Shown: positions 33,643 to 46,153 of the stretch, one piece after another
How the letters are laid out: each line of letters begins with the position of its first letter
Numbering within the stretch: the stretch's first letter is position 1
NCBI GenBank assembly: GCA_963845565.1
Contig: CAWJSJ010000002.1
Location: 2,336,001 to 2,400,000, forward strand
DNA: 64,000 nt
Direction: 5' to 3'
Origin: an uncultured Methylomirabilota bacterium
Lineage (GTDB): Bacteria > Methylomirabilota > Methylomirabilia > Methylomirabilales > 2-02-FULL-66-22
Made by a program: the position numbers and the translations under genes
The notes under the pieces: model-generated
What the model was told of the DNA's origin: nothing
What the model saw: only the letters and a program-made list of their open reading frames with translations
The model's database searches: none

Positions 33643-34831
33643 ATGACGCGTTATCGAAAAGGATCCATCGGCACGCTCGCCTGCCTCTCGTTCCTGGTTG
33701 CGGCGGTCGTCCTGTGCGGCGTTCCATTACCCGCCGCCGCCGGGCAACCGATCGTACTCTCGATCATCGACAACGGGGGCGATCTACGCCTCCACCGGGG
33801 TGATCATCGAGAACTACAAGAAGGCCAATCCCGACAAGGTGAAGGAGATCAAGATCCAGCGCGGGCCCGCCCCGGAGACACCCGCCAAGATCAAGGCGCA
33901 GCAGGACTGCCGGCCGGGCGGACATCAACCTGGTCCTCACCGGCCAGGATGCCGGCTCCGTCCTCGCCGCCAACAAGCAGACTGATCGAGCTGTTCCCCA
34001 AGTACGACAAGATGTTCCCCAGGGATGAGCTGAACGAGGCGGCGAAGGTCCTGCAGGATTCGGGCGGAGGCTCGCTCATGCCGGTCGTGGTGAACGCCGG
34101 CGGACCGGTCTTCATCTACAACCCGAAGAAGGTGACAGAAGCCCCCGAAGACCGTCGACGAGTTCCTGGCCTGGGCCAAGGCGAACCCCAACCGGTTCCT
34201 CTACGCCCGCCCGGCGAACAGCGGCCCCGGCCGGTCCATCATGTGCGGGCTTGCCGTACATCCTGAGACGACAAGGCCCCCATGGATCCGGAGAAGGGAT
34301 GGGACAAGACCTGGGCCTTCCTGAAGGAGTTGGGGAAGTCCATGGAGTACTACCCCACGGGCACCCTCTTCACCCTCCGGGAGTTTGCCCAGGAGCAGCG
34401 GTGGATGATCTCCGGCATCATGGAGTGGGACATGAAGCCCCGGGCCGAGGGCGTGATCCCGCCGGAATGCCAAGATCACCGTCCTGGACAACACCACCTT
34501 CGTCATCGACGGCCACTACTGGGGGATTCCCAAGGGCGTGCCCCAGAACGAGGTGGACGTCCTCCTGGATCTCATGAAGTTCATGCGCCGCCCCGACCAG
34601 CAGGTCCTGACCTGGAAGGCCTTCATCGGCCCGTCCATCAAGGCGGCGACCTTCGACAAGGCGCCGGCGGCCATCCGGGACCTCGTCAAGGAACACTGGC
34701 GGCCCGAGTATGATCAGATCGGCCCCGGCAAGAAGTACAAGATGGCGCCGCAGCTCGACTTCAAGGAGCTGACCTACGCGATGGATCGCTGGGACCGGGA
34801 GATCGGCGCCCAGCAGATCAAGAAGCAGTAG
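33643..34831 (+). pseudogene. ABC transporter substrate-binding protein, broken by multiple frameshifts (probably assembly errors)
   Basis: AGGAGGAGG SD and signal peptide; SBP-like fragments in alternating frames (IIENYKKANPDKVKEI, GPVFIYNP, DPEKGWDKTWAFLKELG, MDRWDREIGA). Confidence 0.75.
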
Positions 34832-34856
34832 CGCGGGACGCAGCGGATACTGACGG

Positions 34857-34890
34857 AAGGGGAGGGTCCCGGTCGAGCGACCCTCCCCTT
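34857..34890 (+). other. Stem-loop after the SBP gene (mRNA stabiliser or partial terminator)
   Basis: AAGGGGAGGGTC/GACCCTCCCCTT perfect 12-bp stem. Confidence 0.6.
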
Positions 34891-34925
34891 CATTGCCTAA
34901 CGGCGGGAGACCATGAAAGAGACGA

Positions 34926-35999
34926 TTGATATCGCTGCGATTCCGGATCACCAAGCGGTTTGGGACGAAGACCGTGCTGCGGGATTTTGCCCTGGAGGTC
35001 CGCGGCAAGCAGTTCATCACCTTTCTGGGGCCCAGCGGCTGCGGCAAGTCCACGGCCCTGAACATCATCGCCGGGCTGATCCCCGCCACCGAGGGCGAGG
35101 TCTGGATCGACGGGGAGCGCATCGACCACCTGCCGCCCGAGAAGCGGGGGTTCGGCATGGTCTTCCAGAACTACGCGCTCTTCCCGCACATGACCGTCTT
35201 CGCCAACATCGCCTTCGGCCTGCAGCTCCAGCGCCGGCCGGCGGCGGAGATCACCGAGCGCGTCCAGCAGATGCTGGAACTGGTCCAGCTTCTCGGCTAC
35301 GAGGGGCGCTACCCGGGGCAGCTCTCCGGCGGCCAGCAGCAGCGGATCGCCATCGCCCGGGCCCTGGTCCTGCACCCGCGCCTCATGCTGCTGGACGAGC
35401 CGCTCTCGAACCTGGACGCCAAGCTGCGGATCGAGATGCGGGCCGAGATCAAGCGGCTCCACACCAGCCTGGGCCTCACCTCCATCTACGTGACCCACGA
35501 CCAGACGGAGGCCCTCTCGCTCTCCGACTGGGTGGTGGTGATGAAGGACGGCCTCCTGATCCAGGCGGGCCCGCCGCAGGAGATCCACGACCAGCCCGTC
35601 AACGTCTTCGTGGCGGACTTCATGGGGTTCCGGAATTTCTTCCCGACCCGGGTCGTGGCCCTCGGGCCGGACCGGGACGTGGAGGCCGCGGGCAACGGGA
35701 TGACGATCCGGGGCAAGACCCGGCACACCTTCGCCCCCGGCGCCTCGGTGGTGGCCGCCATCCGTCCGGATGATGTCGTGGTCGGTGGGGACGCCGCCGG
35801 TCCAAATGCGTTCCGGGCCAAGGTGGACATCGTCGAATACCTGGGGCGTGAGGACGAGGTGATCGTGACGCTGGAGGCCGGCGGACGTCTCTGGGTGCGG
35901 ACGGCCGCCCGGGTGACCCCGGGGGAGAACGTGACCGTGGTCCTCCCGCCGGACCGGGTCATCTTCCTCCCGGCGGAGGGATCCGGAGGTACGGCATGA
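34926..35999 (+). CDS. ABC transporter ATP-binding protein (PotA/MalK-like, TOBE domain)
   Basis: GPSGCGKST, LSGGQQQR, LLDEPLSNLD; the SD-preceded ATG 34913 is out of frame (likely indel). Confidence 0.93.
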   Translation: MISLRFRITKRFGTKTVLRDFALEVRGKQFITFLGPSGCGKSTALNIIAGLIPATEGEVWIDGERIDHLPPEKRGFGMVFQNYALFPHMTVFANIAFGLQLQRRPAAEITERVQQMLELVQLLGYEGRYPGQLSGGQQQRIAIARALVLHPRLMLLDEPLSNLDAKLRIEMRAEIKRLHTSLGLTSIYVTHDQTEALSLSDWVVVMKDGLLIQAGPPQEIHDQPVNVFVADFMGFRNFFPTRVVALGPDRDVEAAGNGMTIRGKTRHTFAPGASVVAAIRPDDVVVGGDAAGPNAFRAKVDIVEYLGREDEVIVTLEAGGRLWVRTAARVTPGENVTVVLPPDRVIFLPAEGSGGTA

Positions 36000-36883
36000 G
36001 GCGCGCAGGGACCGGCGAACCGAGCGAGCTGGACCTGCTGGCGATCGCCTGCCTGCTCCCCTCGCTCCTCTACGTGCTGGTGCTGTTCGTCTACCCGTTC
36101 CTCTACGGCATCTACCTGAGCGTCCACCCGCTCAAGGTGGACGGCTTCAGCCTGGCCAACTACATCGCCTTCTTCACCGACCAGTACCAGTACAAGACCG
36201 TGGGGATCACCTTCCGCCTCGCCGTCCCCAACACCATCGTGGTCGTGGCCATCAGCCTGCTCTTCGCCTACAACATGCGCCGGGGGATCTGGCTGGAGCG
36301 GACCATCACCACGATCCTGGTCCTGCCCATCTCGCTCGGCGTGATCCTGCTGGCCCAGGGGATCCTGGGCTTCTACGGAGGGAAGGGGTGGTTCAACCAG
36401 TTGCTCCTGGGCCTCGGCGTCCTGGAGGAACGCGCTGATCGCTGACTCACAACTTCACCGGGGTGATGCTCTCCCTCTTCATGCAGCAATTCCCCTTCTG
36501 CTTTCTGATGCTGCTGGGCTACATCTCGGGCATCGACCCCAGCATCGAAAACTCGGCGCGCACGCTCGGGGCGAACCCCTGGACCGTCTTCCGGCGGGTC
36601 ATGTTGCCCCTGATCGCCCCCGGACTGGCGATCGCTTTCGCCCTGGTCTTTGTCATGAGCTTCGGCACCTTCGCCTCGGCCATCATGCTGGGGCAAGCCG
36701 TCGGGTTCCACCCGGACCATCGCCATCGCCGCCTATGCACAGGCCTTCGAGATGTTCGACATGCCCTATGCCTCAGCCATCGCGGTGATCATGGGGATCT
36801 TCCAGCTCGCCGGTCTGCTCGTCATCCTCCTGCTGCGCAAGCGGATGGTCACGGCGGCAACCATGGGGGTTGGGAAGCGGTGA
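35996..36883 (+). pseudogene. ABC transporter permease 1, frameshifted
   Basis: TM segments; EAA-like ENSARTLGANPWTVFRRVMLPL; frame breaks near 36435 and 36700. Confidence 0.75.
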
Positions 36884-36900
36884 GGGGCCAATCGAAAATG

Positions 36901-36976
36901 AAAACCGACAACCGACAACCGGCCATTGAGCGTATTCTCTTCAATGATCGGTTATCGGTTGTCAGTTGTCAGTTTT
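36901..36976. repeat. Inverted heptamer tandem repeats (AACCGAC)n ... (GTCRGTT)n
   Basis: AAAACCGACAACCGACAACCG ... CGGTTATCGGTTGTCAGTTGTCAGTTTT. Confidence 0.75.
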
Positions 36977-37023
36977 ACGACTGACTTTGTGAGTTCCGGA
37001 CGATTCGTCACTGAGGAAGGTCT

Positions 37024-37846
37024 ATGCGCGGCCGACTGTGGGGACTGGCAGTTTATGTGTTCGTTCTGGGGTTCATCCTGAACCTGCTGGGGATCGTGAG
37101 CCATGTCGTGGTGAGCTCGTTCGCCAAGCGGTGGTTCGGCACCCCGTTTCCCGCGCTCGCTCACCACCGAGTGGTACAGCTACGCCTGGACGGAGTTCGG
37201 CCTCGCCCAGGTCCTCGGGGTGACGGTCTTCGTGGCGCTGACCGTGGTGGTTCTGGCCCTGCTCATGGGGTTCCCGGCCGCGTACATCCTGGCGCGCCGC
37301 AACTTCCGGTGGAAGCCGGTGCTGCTCCTGCTCTATTTTCTGCCGCTGCTCATCCCCCAGATGACCTACGGCATCCCGCTTGCGACCACCATGTTCCGGT
37401 ACGGGATCGGCGGGACCGTGGCCGGCGTCATCCTGGCCGTGATGGTCCCGATGGTGCCCCTGGCCATCTTCATCCTCATGCCCTTCTTCGAACAGATCAG
37501 CGTCAACCTCGAGTGGGGTGCGGCCATGATGGGCGCCAACCGGTTCCAGATTTTCCGCCGCGTCCTCTTGCCGCTCACCCTGCCCGGACTCCTCACGGCC
37601 GGGATCCTCGTCCTCGTGAACACGGTCTCGAACTTCGAGCTGACCTTCCTGGTCTCCGGCGCCGGCTCCCAGACGCTGGTCGTGGCCCTGTTCTACAACG
37701 TCTTCGCGGGCGGGGTCCGCCCCGTCTATTCCGTGGACGCCATGGCCGTGATGTACATGACCATGATCATGGTCCTGCTCCTCATCGCCCTGCGCTTCGT
37801 CCGTCCGACGCAGATGGTCTTCCGCCTCGACCAGCCCAAGCGCTGA
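37024..37846 (+). pseudogene. ABC transporter permease 2, frameshifted near 37160
   Basis: N-terminal TM in the ORF from 37024, remainder in ORF 37220..37846 with LEWGAAMMGA..FRRVLLPL motif. Confidence 0.75.
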
Positions 37847-37955
37847 CCGGCCCCACCCATTGGGCTACCACTGAAGCGTGGGGTGGTGGCCTCGCGTGAA
37901 CGGCCGACAGAAAGATCACGTTCCGGCGGGCGGGGCGTTCGTATGGGGGTACGCA

Positions 37956-39029
37956 ATGGGGAACGGTGCACCGAGAAGAGCGAACCCGGAGAGGCTCGAT
38001 CGTTTCGTGTCGTCGGCCTTCCGCGGGGTGGGCGTTCCCCCCGGCGATGCCGACTTGGCCGCCAAGATTCTGGTGGATGCCGATCTGCGCGGAATTGACT
38101 CCCACGGCGTCATCAACCTCCACGGGACCTACATCCGGGGGCTGCAGACCGGGGCCATCAACCCCACGCCGGAGATCCGGGTGGCCCTGGGGAGCCCCAC
38201 CACGGCCTCGGTGGACGGGGGCAACGGGTTGGGAGCCGTGGTGAGCCACCACGCCATGACCGAATGTCTCCGGATGGCCCGAGAACACGGGACGGGGTGG
38301 GCGACGGTCTGTAATAGTCACCATTCCGGAGCGGGTGCCTACTACGTCTTGATGGCGGCCAACCAGGACATGATCGGCCTCCACTCCTCCTCGGGAGGGT
38401 CAACCGTGGCCGCGCCGGGGGGCAGGGGGAGGCTCATCGGAAACAACGTGCTGGCGTTCGCGGCGCCCGGCCGGAAGCACGGCCCCTTCGTGCTGGACAT
38501 GGCGCCGACCATGGCCATCGCCAACAAGCTACACATGCTTCAGTGGGCCGGGAAGCCGATGCCGGAGGGGTGGGCGGTAGATTCCGAAGGGCGGCCCATC
38601 ACGGACCCCAAACGCTACTTCGCAACCGAAGGCGCCATTCTGCCCCTGGGGAGCACCCCCCAGAACGGTGTGCACAAAGGATTCGGACTCCTACTGGTCT
38701 CGGACATTCTCACGGGTCTCCTCTCCGGAGATGGCGGGAGCATGTTCCGCAGAAAAGGCGAGCACACGCATGTCTTCTGTGCCCTGCGCATCGACGCCTT
38801 CCCGACCGGTGGGGACTTCAAGGACTTGATGGACGCCATGATCGAGAAGCTGCATGCAACCCCCACCGTGGGGGCCACGGGCCGGATCCGGTACCCCGGC
38901 GAGCGCGGGAACCTGACCCACCGCGAGCGCAGCGCCACGGGGATCCCCCTCCGCCAGAACGTCGTGGAAGATCTGCAGCGCATGAGCGCGGCGCTACACC
39001 TCTCGCTGGACGATATCTGGGAGCGGTAG
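37956..39029 (+). CDS. Ldh_2 family (AllD/ComC-like) NAD(P)-dependent oxidoreductase
   Basis: ADLRGIDSHG, NSHHSGA, GNNVLAFAAP, VLDMA, HKGFGL, RYPGE. Confidence 0.9.
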   Translation: MGNGAPRRANPERLDRFVSSAFRGVGVPPGDADLAAKILVDADLRGIDSHGVINLHGTYIRGLQTGAINPTPEIRVALGSPTTASVDGGNGLGAVVSHHAMTECLRMAREHGTGWATVCNSHHSGAGAYYVLMAANQDMIGLHSSSGGSTVAAPGGRGRLIGNNVLAFAAPGRKHGPFVLDMAPTMAIANKLHMLQWAGKPMPEGWAVDSEGRPITDPKRYFATEGAILPLGSTPQNGVHKGFGLLLVSDILTGLLSGDGGSMFRRKGEHTHVFCALRIDAFPTGGDFKDLMDAMIEKLHATPTVGATGRIRYPGERGNLTHRERSATGIPLRQNVVEDLQRMSAALHLSLDDIWER

Positions 39030-39388
39030 CGGTTCGCGCGGCCTGTGGGCGGGTCGCGTGGCCGGTCCCCAGCGACTGCGTCACTTCCTGCCGGAGTACG
39101 GCAAAGCGGCCTGGGGGGGTGCGTTGGTCGCCCTCGGCAATCCCTCTCCATCTGCATTTGCCCTATCCTGCCGTGCCCGCCTTGACACCCCAAGGAGCCG
39201 ATGATAGCGTCCTGGCCGTTTCGAGTGTCCCCGATTTCCGATCCTTGTTTCGGTCATTTCCATGGCAGGTGCGGGTGTCCCAGTCGAGACGCTGGGCCTT
39301 GGTCGCCACTGAATTTCCTCCTCCGTGTTCTGGCCTCCGATCGCATGCCGATGATGTTGTGGCACCTTTCCTGAAGAAGGGGGACTCT

Positions 39389-39949
39389 ATGAGGACATGG
39401 GTGTCGATCCTGGGAGTGTTCATCGTGATCACCGGGATGGGTGCGACGGACTCCGCGCGGCCCGGAGCCGCCGCCACGGACCAGAACGTGGTCGTCAATG
39501 GGAATCAGTCCGTGTCCGTTTCCGCCAACCGGAGCCTCAATGTCGGTGTTGATGACTTCGAGGCGGTGGGGAGGAACCGTACCATCACGGTGGGGTCCAT
39601 GGAGTCAACGACGGTCGGCGCCGGGCAGACGATTCGGATCGGCAGCGACCAACAGATCGCCGTTGGGAGGACACAGACAGTCAGCGTCGGTCGGGACGTG
39701 AATGTCACGGCCGGCGGCAACAAGATGGAGCAGACAGGGGGAAGCGTGATCTACCGGGCGGGCCATACGATGGTGATTGAAGCCCGTGAGGAGATCGTCC
39801 TTCGGACCGGGGCAGCGTCGATCCAGATGAAGAAAGACGGTACGGTCGTCATCCGTGGGAAGGATATAACGATTTTGGGGAGTGGAAAAATCAATGTTAG
39901 GGAGGAGGGAGTGGTTCAGAAGCAGACCCCCGGTGTGCAGTCGAAATAG
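39389..39949 (+). CDS. Putative exported gp5/VgrG C-terminal beta-helix protein
   Basis: GAAGGGGG SD; hydrophobic signal-like N-terminus; about 10 octapeptide xxxxxVGx repeats; VgrG-like end ASIQMKKDGTVVIRGKDITILGSGKINV. Confidence 0.75.
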   Translation: MRTWVSILGVFIVITGMGATDSARPGAAATDQNVVVNGNQSVSVSANRSLNVGVDDFEAVGRNRTITVGSMESTTVGAGQTIRIGSDQQIAVGRTQTVSVGRDVNVTAGGNKMEQTGGSVIYRAGHTMVIEAREEIVLRTGAASIQMKKDGTVVIRGKDITILGSGKINVREEGVVQKQTPGVQSK

Positions 39950-40150
39950 GTGCAAGGTCGAGGCGCGTTGCCGTTTCTGGGTGCAGCTCGCCGGTTTTTC
40001 CTTTGGTGATAACCCCTGCCCGCCGTTGTCTCTGGCGTCTGTCTGTGATAGCCTGCGGACGATGTGTGGGGCCGGCGGCGGTAGCACGGGGGCGGGAGAC
40101 CGCCGCCGGATGTCTGGAATGGCAGCGCAACCTTTCCTGAAGGAGCGGAA

Positions 40151-41458
40151 ATGATCCCGCGGTATTCCCGACCGAAAATGGCGGCCATCTGGGAGCCGGC
40201 GAACCGGTTCTCACTCTGGCTCACCATCGAGATCCTGGCCTGCGAGGCCTGGGCCGAGCTGGGTGTGGTGCCGAAGGAGGCCGTGGCCGAGATCAAGGCC
40301 AAGGCCAACTTCGACATGGCCGCACTGGTCCCGCGCATCGACGAGATCGAGCGGCGGACCAAACACGACGTGGTGGCGTTCACCGAGGCGGTGGCGGAGA
40401 AGATCGGGCCGGTCTCCCGGTACATCCACCTGGGCCTCACCTCCTCGGATATTCTGGATACCTGCCTCGCCTGCCAGATGCGGCAAGCGGCGGATCTCCT
40501 CCTCGAGGATGTGTCGGCTGTGGAGGCCGCCCTGGCGACGCTGGCCGTGCGGCACAAGCGCACCGCCATGATCGGCCGCACGCACGGCATTCATGCCGAG
40601 CCCACCACCTTCGGCCTGAAGGTTGCCATGTGGCTGATGGAGATGCGGCGGGCGGCAGAGCGGCTGACCCGGGCGCGCGAGGTGGCGAGCTACGGCAAGC
40701 TGTCGGGGGCGGTGGGGACGTTCGCGAATGTCCCACCCCAGGTTGAGGAGTACGTGTGTGCCAAGCTGGGACTCAAGCCTGAACCCATCTCCACGCAGAT
40801 CATCCAGCGCGACCGGCACGCCGAGTACCTGGCGGTCCTCGGGATTGTGGGGGCCTCGCTGGACAAGTTCGCCACCGAGATCCGGCACCTGCAGCGGACC
40901 GAGGTCCGGGAGGTGGAGGAGCCGTTCAGCGAAGGCCAGAAAGGCTCCTCGGCCATGCCCCACAAGCGGAACCCGGTCTCGTGCGAGCAGATCTCGGGCC
41001 TGGCGCGGCTGCTCCGGTCCAACGCGCAGGCCGGGCTGGAGAACGTGGCGCTCTGGCACGAGCGGGACATCAGCCACTCCTCGGTGGAGCGGGTGATCCT
41101 GCCGGACGGGACCATCCTGCTGGACTACCTGCTGGCGAAATTCCGGGACATCGTGCAGGGAATGCGGGTCTATCCGGAGCAGATGCTGCGGAACTTGAAC
41201 GCCACGCACGGCGTCATCTTCTCGCAGCAGGCGCTCTTGGCGCTCTCCAAGGCGGGCGCCACGCGCGAGGCCGCCTACCAGATGGTCCAGCGGAACGCCA
41301 TGCGGGCCTGGGAGACTGGAGAGGGGTTCCGGACGCTGCTTCTGGCCGACGCCGAAGTCGGCGCGGTGCTGTCGCCCGCGGAAATTGAAAGCTGCTTCGA
41401 ACTGGAGTATCATCTGCGCCACGTGGATGCCATATTCCGGCGGGTCGGGCTCGACTGA
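40151..41458 (+). CDS. purB: Adenylosuccinate lyase
   Basis: MIPRYSR, TKHDVVAF, GRTHGIHAEPTT, GSSAMPHKRNP. Confidence 0.99.
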   Translation: MIPRYSRPKMAAIWEPANRFSLWLTIEILACEAWAELGVVPKEAVAEIKAKANFDMAALVPRIDEIERRTKHDVVAFTEAVAEKIGPVSRYIHLGLTSSDILDTCLACQMRQAADLLLEDVSAVEAALATLAVRHKRTAMIGRTHGIHAEPTTFGLKVAMWLMEMRRAAERLTRAREVASYGKLSGAVGTFANVPPQVEEYVCAKLGLKPEPISTQIIQRDRHAEYLAVLGIVGASLDKFATEIRHLQRTEVREVEEPFSEGQKGSSAMPHKRNPVSCEQISGLARLLRSNAQAGLENVALWHERDISHSSVERVILPDGTILLDYLLAKFRDIVQGMRVYPEQMLRNLNATHGVIFSQQALLALSKAGATREAAYQMVQRNAMRAWETGEGFRTLLLADAEVGAVLSPAEIESCFELEYHLRHVDAIFRRVGLD

Positions 41459-41461
41459 TTT

Positions 41462-41584
41462 AGGCTGCTGAAAAAGGCCCATCTACTGCGTTGGCGCGCT
41501 CGGGCGCTCGTTGCGGCGTACGGGAAGTACGCCTCACTCGACCCATCGCTTGCCGCCTTGTATCTGGACCTTTTTGAGCCGCCC
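41462..41584 (+). mobile_element. MITE-like repeat family A, copy 1
   Basis: Ends AGGCTGCTGAAAAAGGCCC / GGACCTTTTTGAGCCGCC; central GGCGTAC-N5-GTACGCC hairpin. Confidence 0.75.
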
Positions 41585-41625
41585 GGGGGCAAAGCGAGTT
41601 CTTCAATTTCCCGTGAGGGGTGGAA

Positions 41626-42342
41626 ATGGCCGTTGTGCGGGGTCGGAAGCTCTACGAGGGGAAGTGGAAGATCCTCTTCGAGACCACGGATCCCGGCCGG
41701 TTGCTCCTACGGTTCAAGGACGTGCCGGCATTCGACCGGGCGGCGGCCCGCCCGACGTTGCCCCGGCGCGGGGCCATGAAGACGCAGATTGCGGCGGCGC
41801 TCTTCACGCTGCTCCAACAGCAAGGGATCCCGACCCATTTCCTGGAGGTGGGCGGCACTCGGGATCTGCTGGTGCGCAGGCTCGAGATGATTCGGTTGGA
41901 GGTGGTTCTTCGGAACGTGGTGGCCGGCAGCCTCGCCAAGCGCCTCGGGATGGAGGTGGGGAGTCCGCTGCCGGCGCCGATCCTGGAGTGGTACTACAAG
42001 AGCGATGCGCTCGGTGATCCGCTCCTGAACGATGCGCATGTCAGCGCGCTGGGTCTTGCCTCTGTCGAGGAACTCAAGGCCATCCGCGAGATGACCTTCC
42101 GCGCCAACGGCATCCTGTTGCCTTTCTTCGCGGAGCGGGAGATCATGTTGGTGGATTTCAAGCTGGAGTACGGGCGGCAGGCCGGCCGGCTGATGCTGGG
42201 GGACGAGCTCACGCCGGACGGGTGTCGATTCTGGGACCGCGCGACGCGCGAGCGCCTCGGCAAGGACCGCGCGCGCCGGAGCCCCGCCCGCGAGGCGGCC
42301 GCGTACCAGGAGGTGTTCCGGCGCATCTGCAGCGGCTGTTGA
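41626..42342 (+). CDS. purC: SAICAR synthetase (divergent)
   Basis: LYEGK, LEVVLRNVVAGSL, YKSDALGDP, LVDFKLEYG, DELTPDGCRFWD. Confidence 0.9.
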   Translation: MAVVRGRKLYEGKWKILFETTDPGRLLLRFKDVPAFDRAAARPTLPRRGAMKTQIAAALFTLLQQQGIPTHFLEVGGTRDLLVRRLEMIRLEVVLRNVVAGSLAKRLGMEVGSPLPAPILEWYYKSDALGDPLLNDAHVSALGLASVEELKAIREMTFRANGILLPFFAEREIMLVDFKLEYGRQAGRLMLGDELTPDGCRFWDRATRERLGKDRARRSPAREAAAYQEVFRRICSGC

Positions 42343-42493
42343 AAAGGGCCCATCTGCGGTGACCCAGTCTTCGGCTGGGTACCCCGCCCGCCTCGGCACT
42401 CACTGCGACGTACTTCCAGTACGCCTGGACCCAGCGGACTGGGTACCCCGGCCTCCGGCGTGCCGCCTTGCAGCTGGACCTTTTGAGCAGCCT
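42333..42493 (+). mobile_element. MITE-like repeat family A, copy 2 (expanded; overlaps the purC stop)
   Basis: CGGCTGTTGAAAAGGGCCC ... GGACCTTTTGAGCAGCCT with two internal GACCCAG..CTGGGTACCCCG inserts. Confidence 0.75.
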
Positions 42494-42639
42494 ACTAGAA
42501 GCGAAGGACGACAGAGTAGGGTTAGAGACAGGATGCTTCCAGGCTGTCGGGCGGCTAAGCCGCCGAGCCGCCTAGCTGTCGGCGCTGTCGCTATGGAATA
42601 TCGATATTCCTCAACCGGACGTGTGACGAAAGGGCGAAC

Positions 42640-42894
42640 ATGATTGAGGCCCGGATACATGTGACCCTCAAGAAGAGCGTGCTGGACCCGCAGGGCGACA
42701 CCGTGAAGAGCGGCCTCGCCAGTCTGGGATTTTCGACCGTGCACGATTGCCGGATCGGGAAGTTCATGGTCCTGCGACTGAACGAGACCGACGCGACGGC
42801 GGCCAAGGCCAAGGTGGACGAGATGTGTCGGAAGTTGCTGGCCAATCCGGTGATCGAGGAGTACGTGTTCCAGATCAGCGAGGTGGCCGGATGA
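42640..42894 (+). CDS. purS: FGAM synthase subunit PurS
   Basis: VTLKKSVLDPQG, KLLANPVIEEY. Confidence 0.98.
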   Translation: MIEARIHVTLKKSVLDPQGDTVKSGLASLGFSTVHDCRIGKFMVLRLNETDATAAKAKVDEMCRKLLANPVIEEYVFQISEVAG

Positions 42895-43586
42895 AGGTCG
42901 GCGTGCTGGTCTTTCCGGGTACCTGGAGTCACCAGGACTTCGCCCACGTGTTGCAGGACGTCCTTGGCGTCGGCTGGGGGTATGTCTGGCACAAGGAGAC
43001 CTCGGTGGCAGGATACGACTGCCTCATCCTGCCCGGCGGGTTCGCCCACGGGGATTACCTGCGCTGCGGGGCGATCGCGCGTTTCTCGCCGGTGATGGAG
43101 GCGGTGATCCGGTTCGCGAAGAGCGGCGGCCCGGTGATCGGGAGCTGCAACGGATTCCAGATCCTCTGCGAGGCGGGCCTCTTGCCCGGGGCGCTCCTTC
43201 GAAACGACTCCCTGCAGTACCGCTGCCGGTGGGTGCACCTTCGCGTGGAGAATGCGGACACTCCGTTCACCCGGGCTCTGCGGCCGGGTCAGATCCTGAA
43301 GATGCCCATCTCGCACGGCGAGGGGCGTTACTTCGCGACCCCCGAGGTCCTCGCGGCGCTCAGGGCGAACGGCCAGATCGTCTTCCGCTACGCCACCCCC
43401 GATGGCCAGCTCACGGCGGCGGCAAACCCGAACGGTGCGCTGGAGCACATCGCCGGGATCTGCAGCGAGGGGCGGAACGTGGTCGGGCTCATGCCGCATC
43501 CGGAGCGGGCCGCCGAGCCGCTGCTGGGATCGGAGGACGGTCGGCTGCTGTTCGACGCCATGTTGGATGCGGCTCTCCCGCGGTAA
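42891..43586 (+). CDS. purQ: FGAM synthase glutaminase subunit PurQ
   Basis: [35 protein letters not shown]. Confidence 0.98.
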   Translation: MKVGVLVFPGTWSHQDFAHVLQDVLGVGWGYVWHKETSVAGYDCLILPGGFAHGDYLRCGAIARFSPVMEAVIRFAKSGGPVIGSCNGFQILCEAGLLPGALLRNDSLQYRCRWVHLRVENADTPFTRALRPGQILKMPISHGEGRYFATPEVLAALRANGQIVFRYATPDGQLTAAANPNGALEHIAGICSEGRNVVGLMPHPERAAEPLLGSEDGRLLFDAMLDAALPR

Positions 43587-43706
43587 ATCCGTAAAGCGTT
43601 CGACTGTTCGACGGTTCACGGTTCGATAGAACCGCCGAACCGCATGTGACTCGTTTTCCAATACGACCACCCGACTCTAAGAGAATGCTGACGTTCCCCT
43701 TTCTTC

Positions 43707-43829
43707 AGGCTGCTCAAAAAGGTCCAGATGCAAGGCGGCACGCCGGAGGCCGAGCGAGGCGTACTGGAAGTACGTCGCAGCGAGTGCCGAGGCGGGCCAA
43801 CGTGGCAGATGGGCCTTTTTCACCAGCCT
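43707..43829 (-). mobile_element. MITE-like repeat family A, copy 3 (inverted)
   Basis: AGGCTGCTCAAAAAGGTCCAGAT ... AGATGGGCCTTTTTCACCAGCCT. Confidence 0.75.
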
Positions 43830-43841
43830 GCTAGGGACACC

Positions 43842-46066
<2,225 letters not shown>

Positions 46067-46153
46067 TTATGAGCGGGTCCCGGCGCCAAGCGTTCCGCGG
46101 TCTACGCCGGTGATTCTGCTGCCGTTAGGAAAGCGCAAAGGAAAGGTTGTGGG

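Noticed and set aside
36443..36445. TGA in permease 1 as a second selenocysteine codon
   Set aside because: The downstream coding sequence continues in a different frame, so it results from indels and is not an in-frame Cys-position TGA.
38543..39388. 5' part of the 468-aa ORF 38543..39949
   Set aside because: It overlaps the Ldh_2 gene out of frame and crosses intergenic sequence; the plausible gene starts at ATG 39389.
40072..40109. GC hairpin upstream of purB as a purine or ZTP riboswitch
   Set aside because: Only an 11-bp stem is visible, and I could not match the conserved aptamer motifs.
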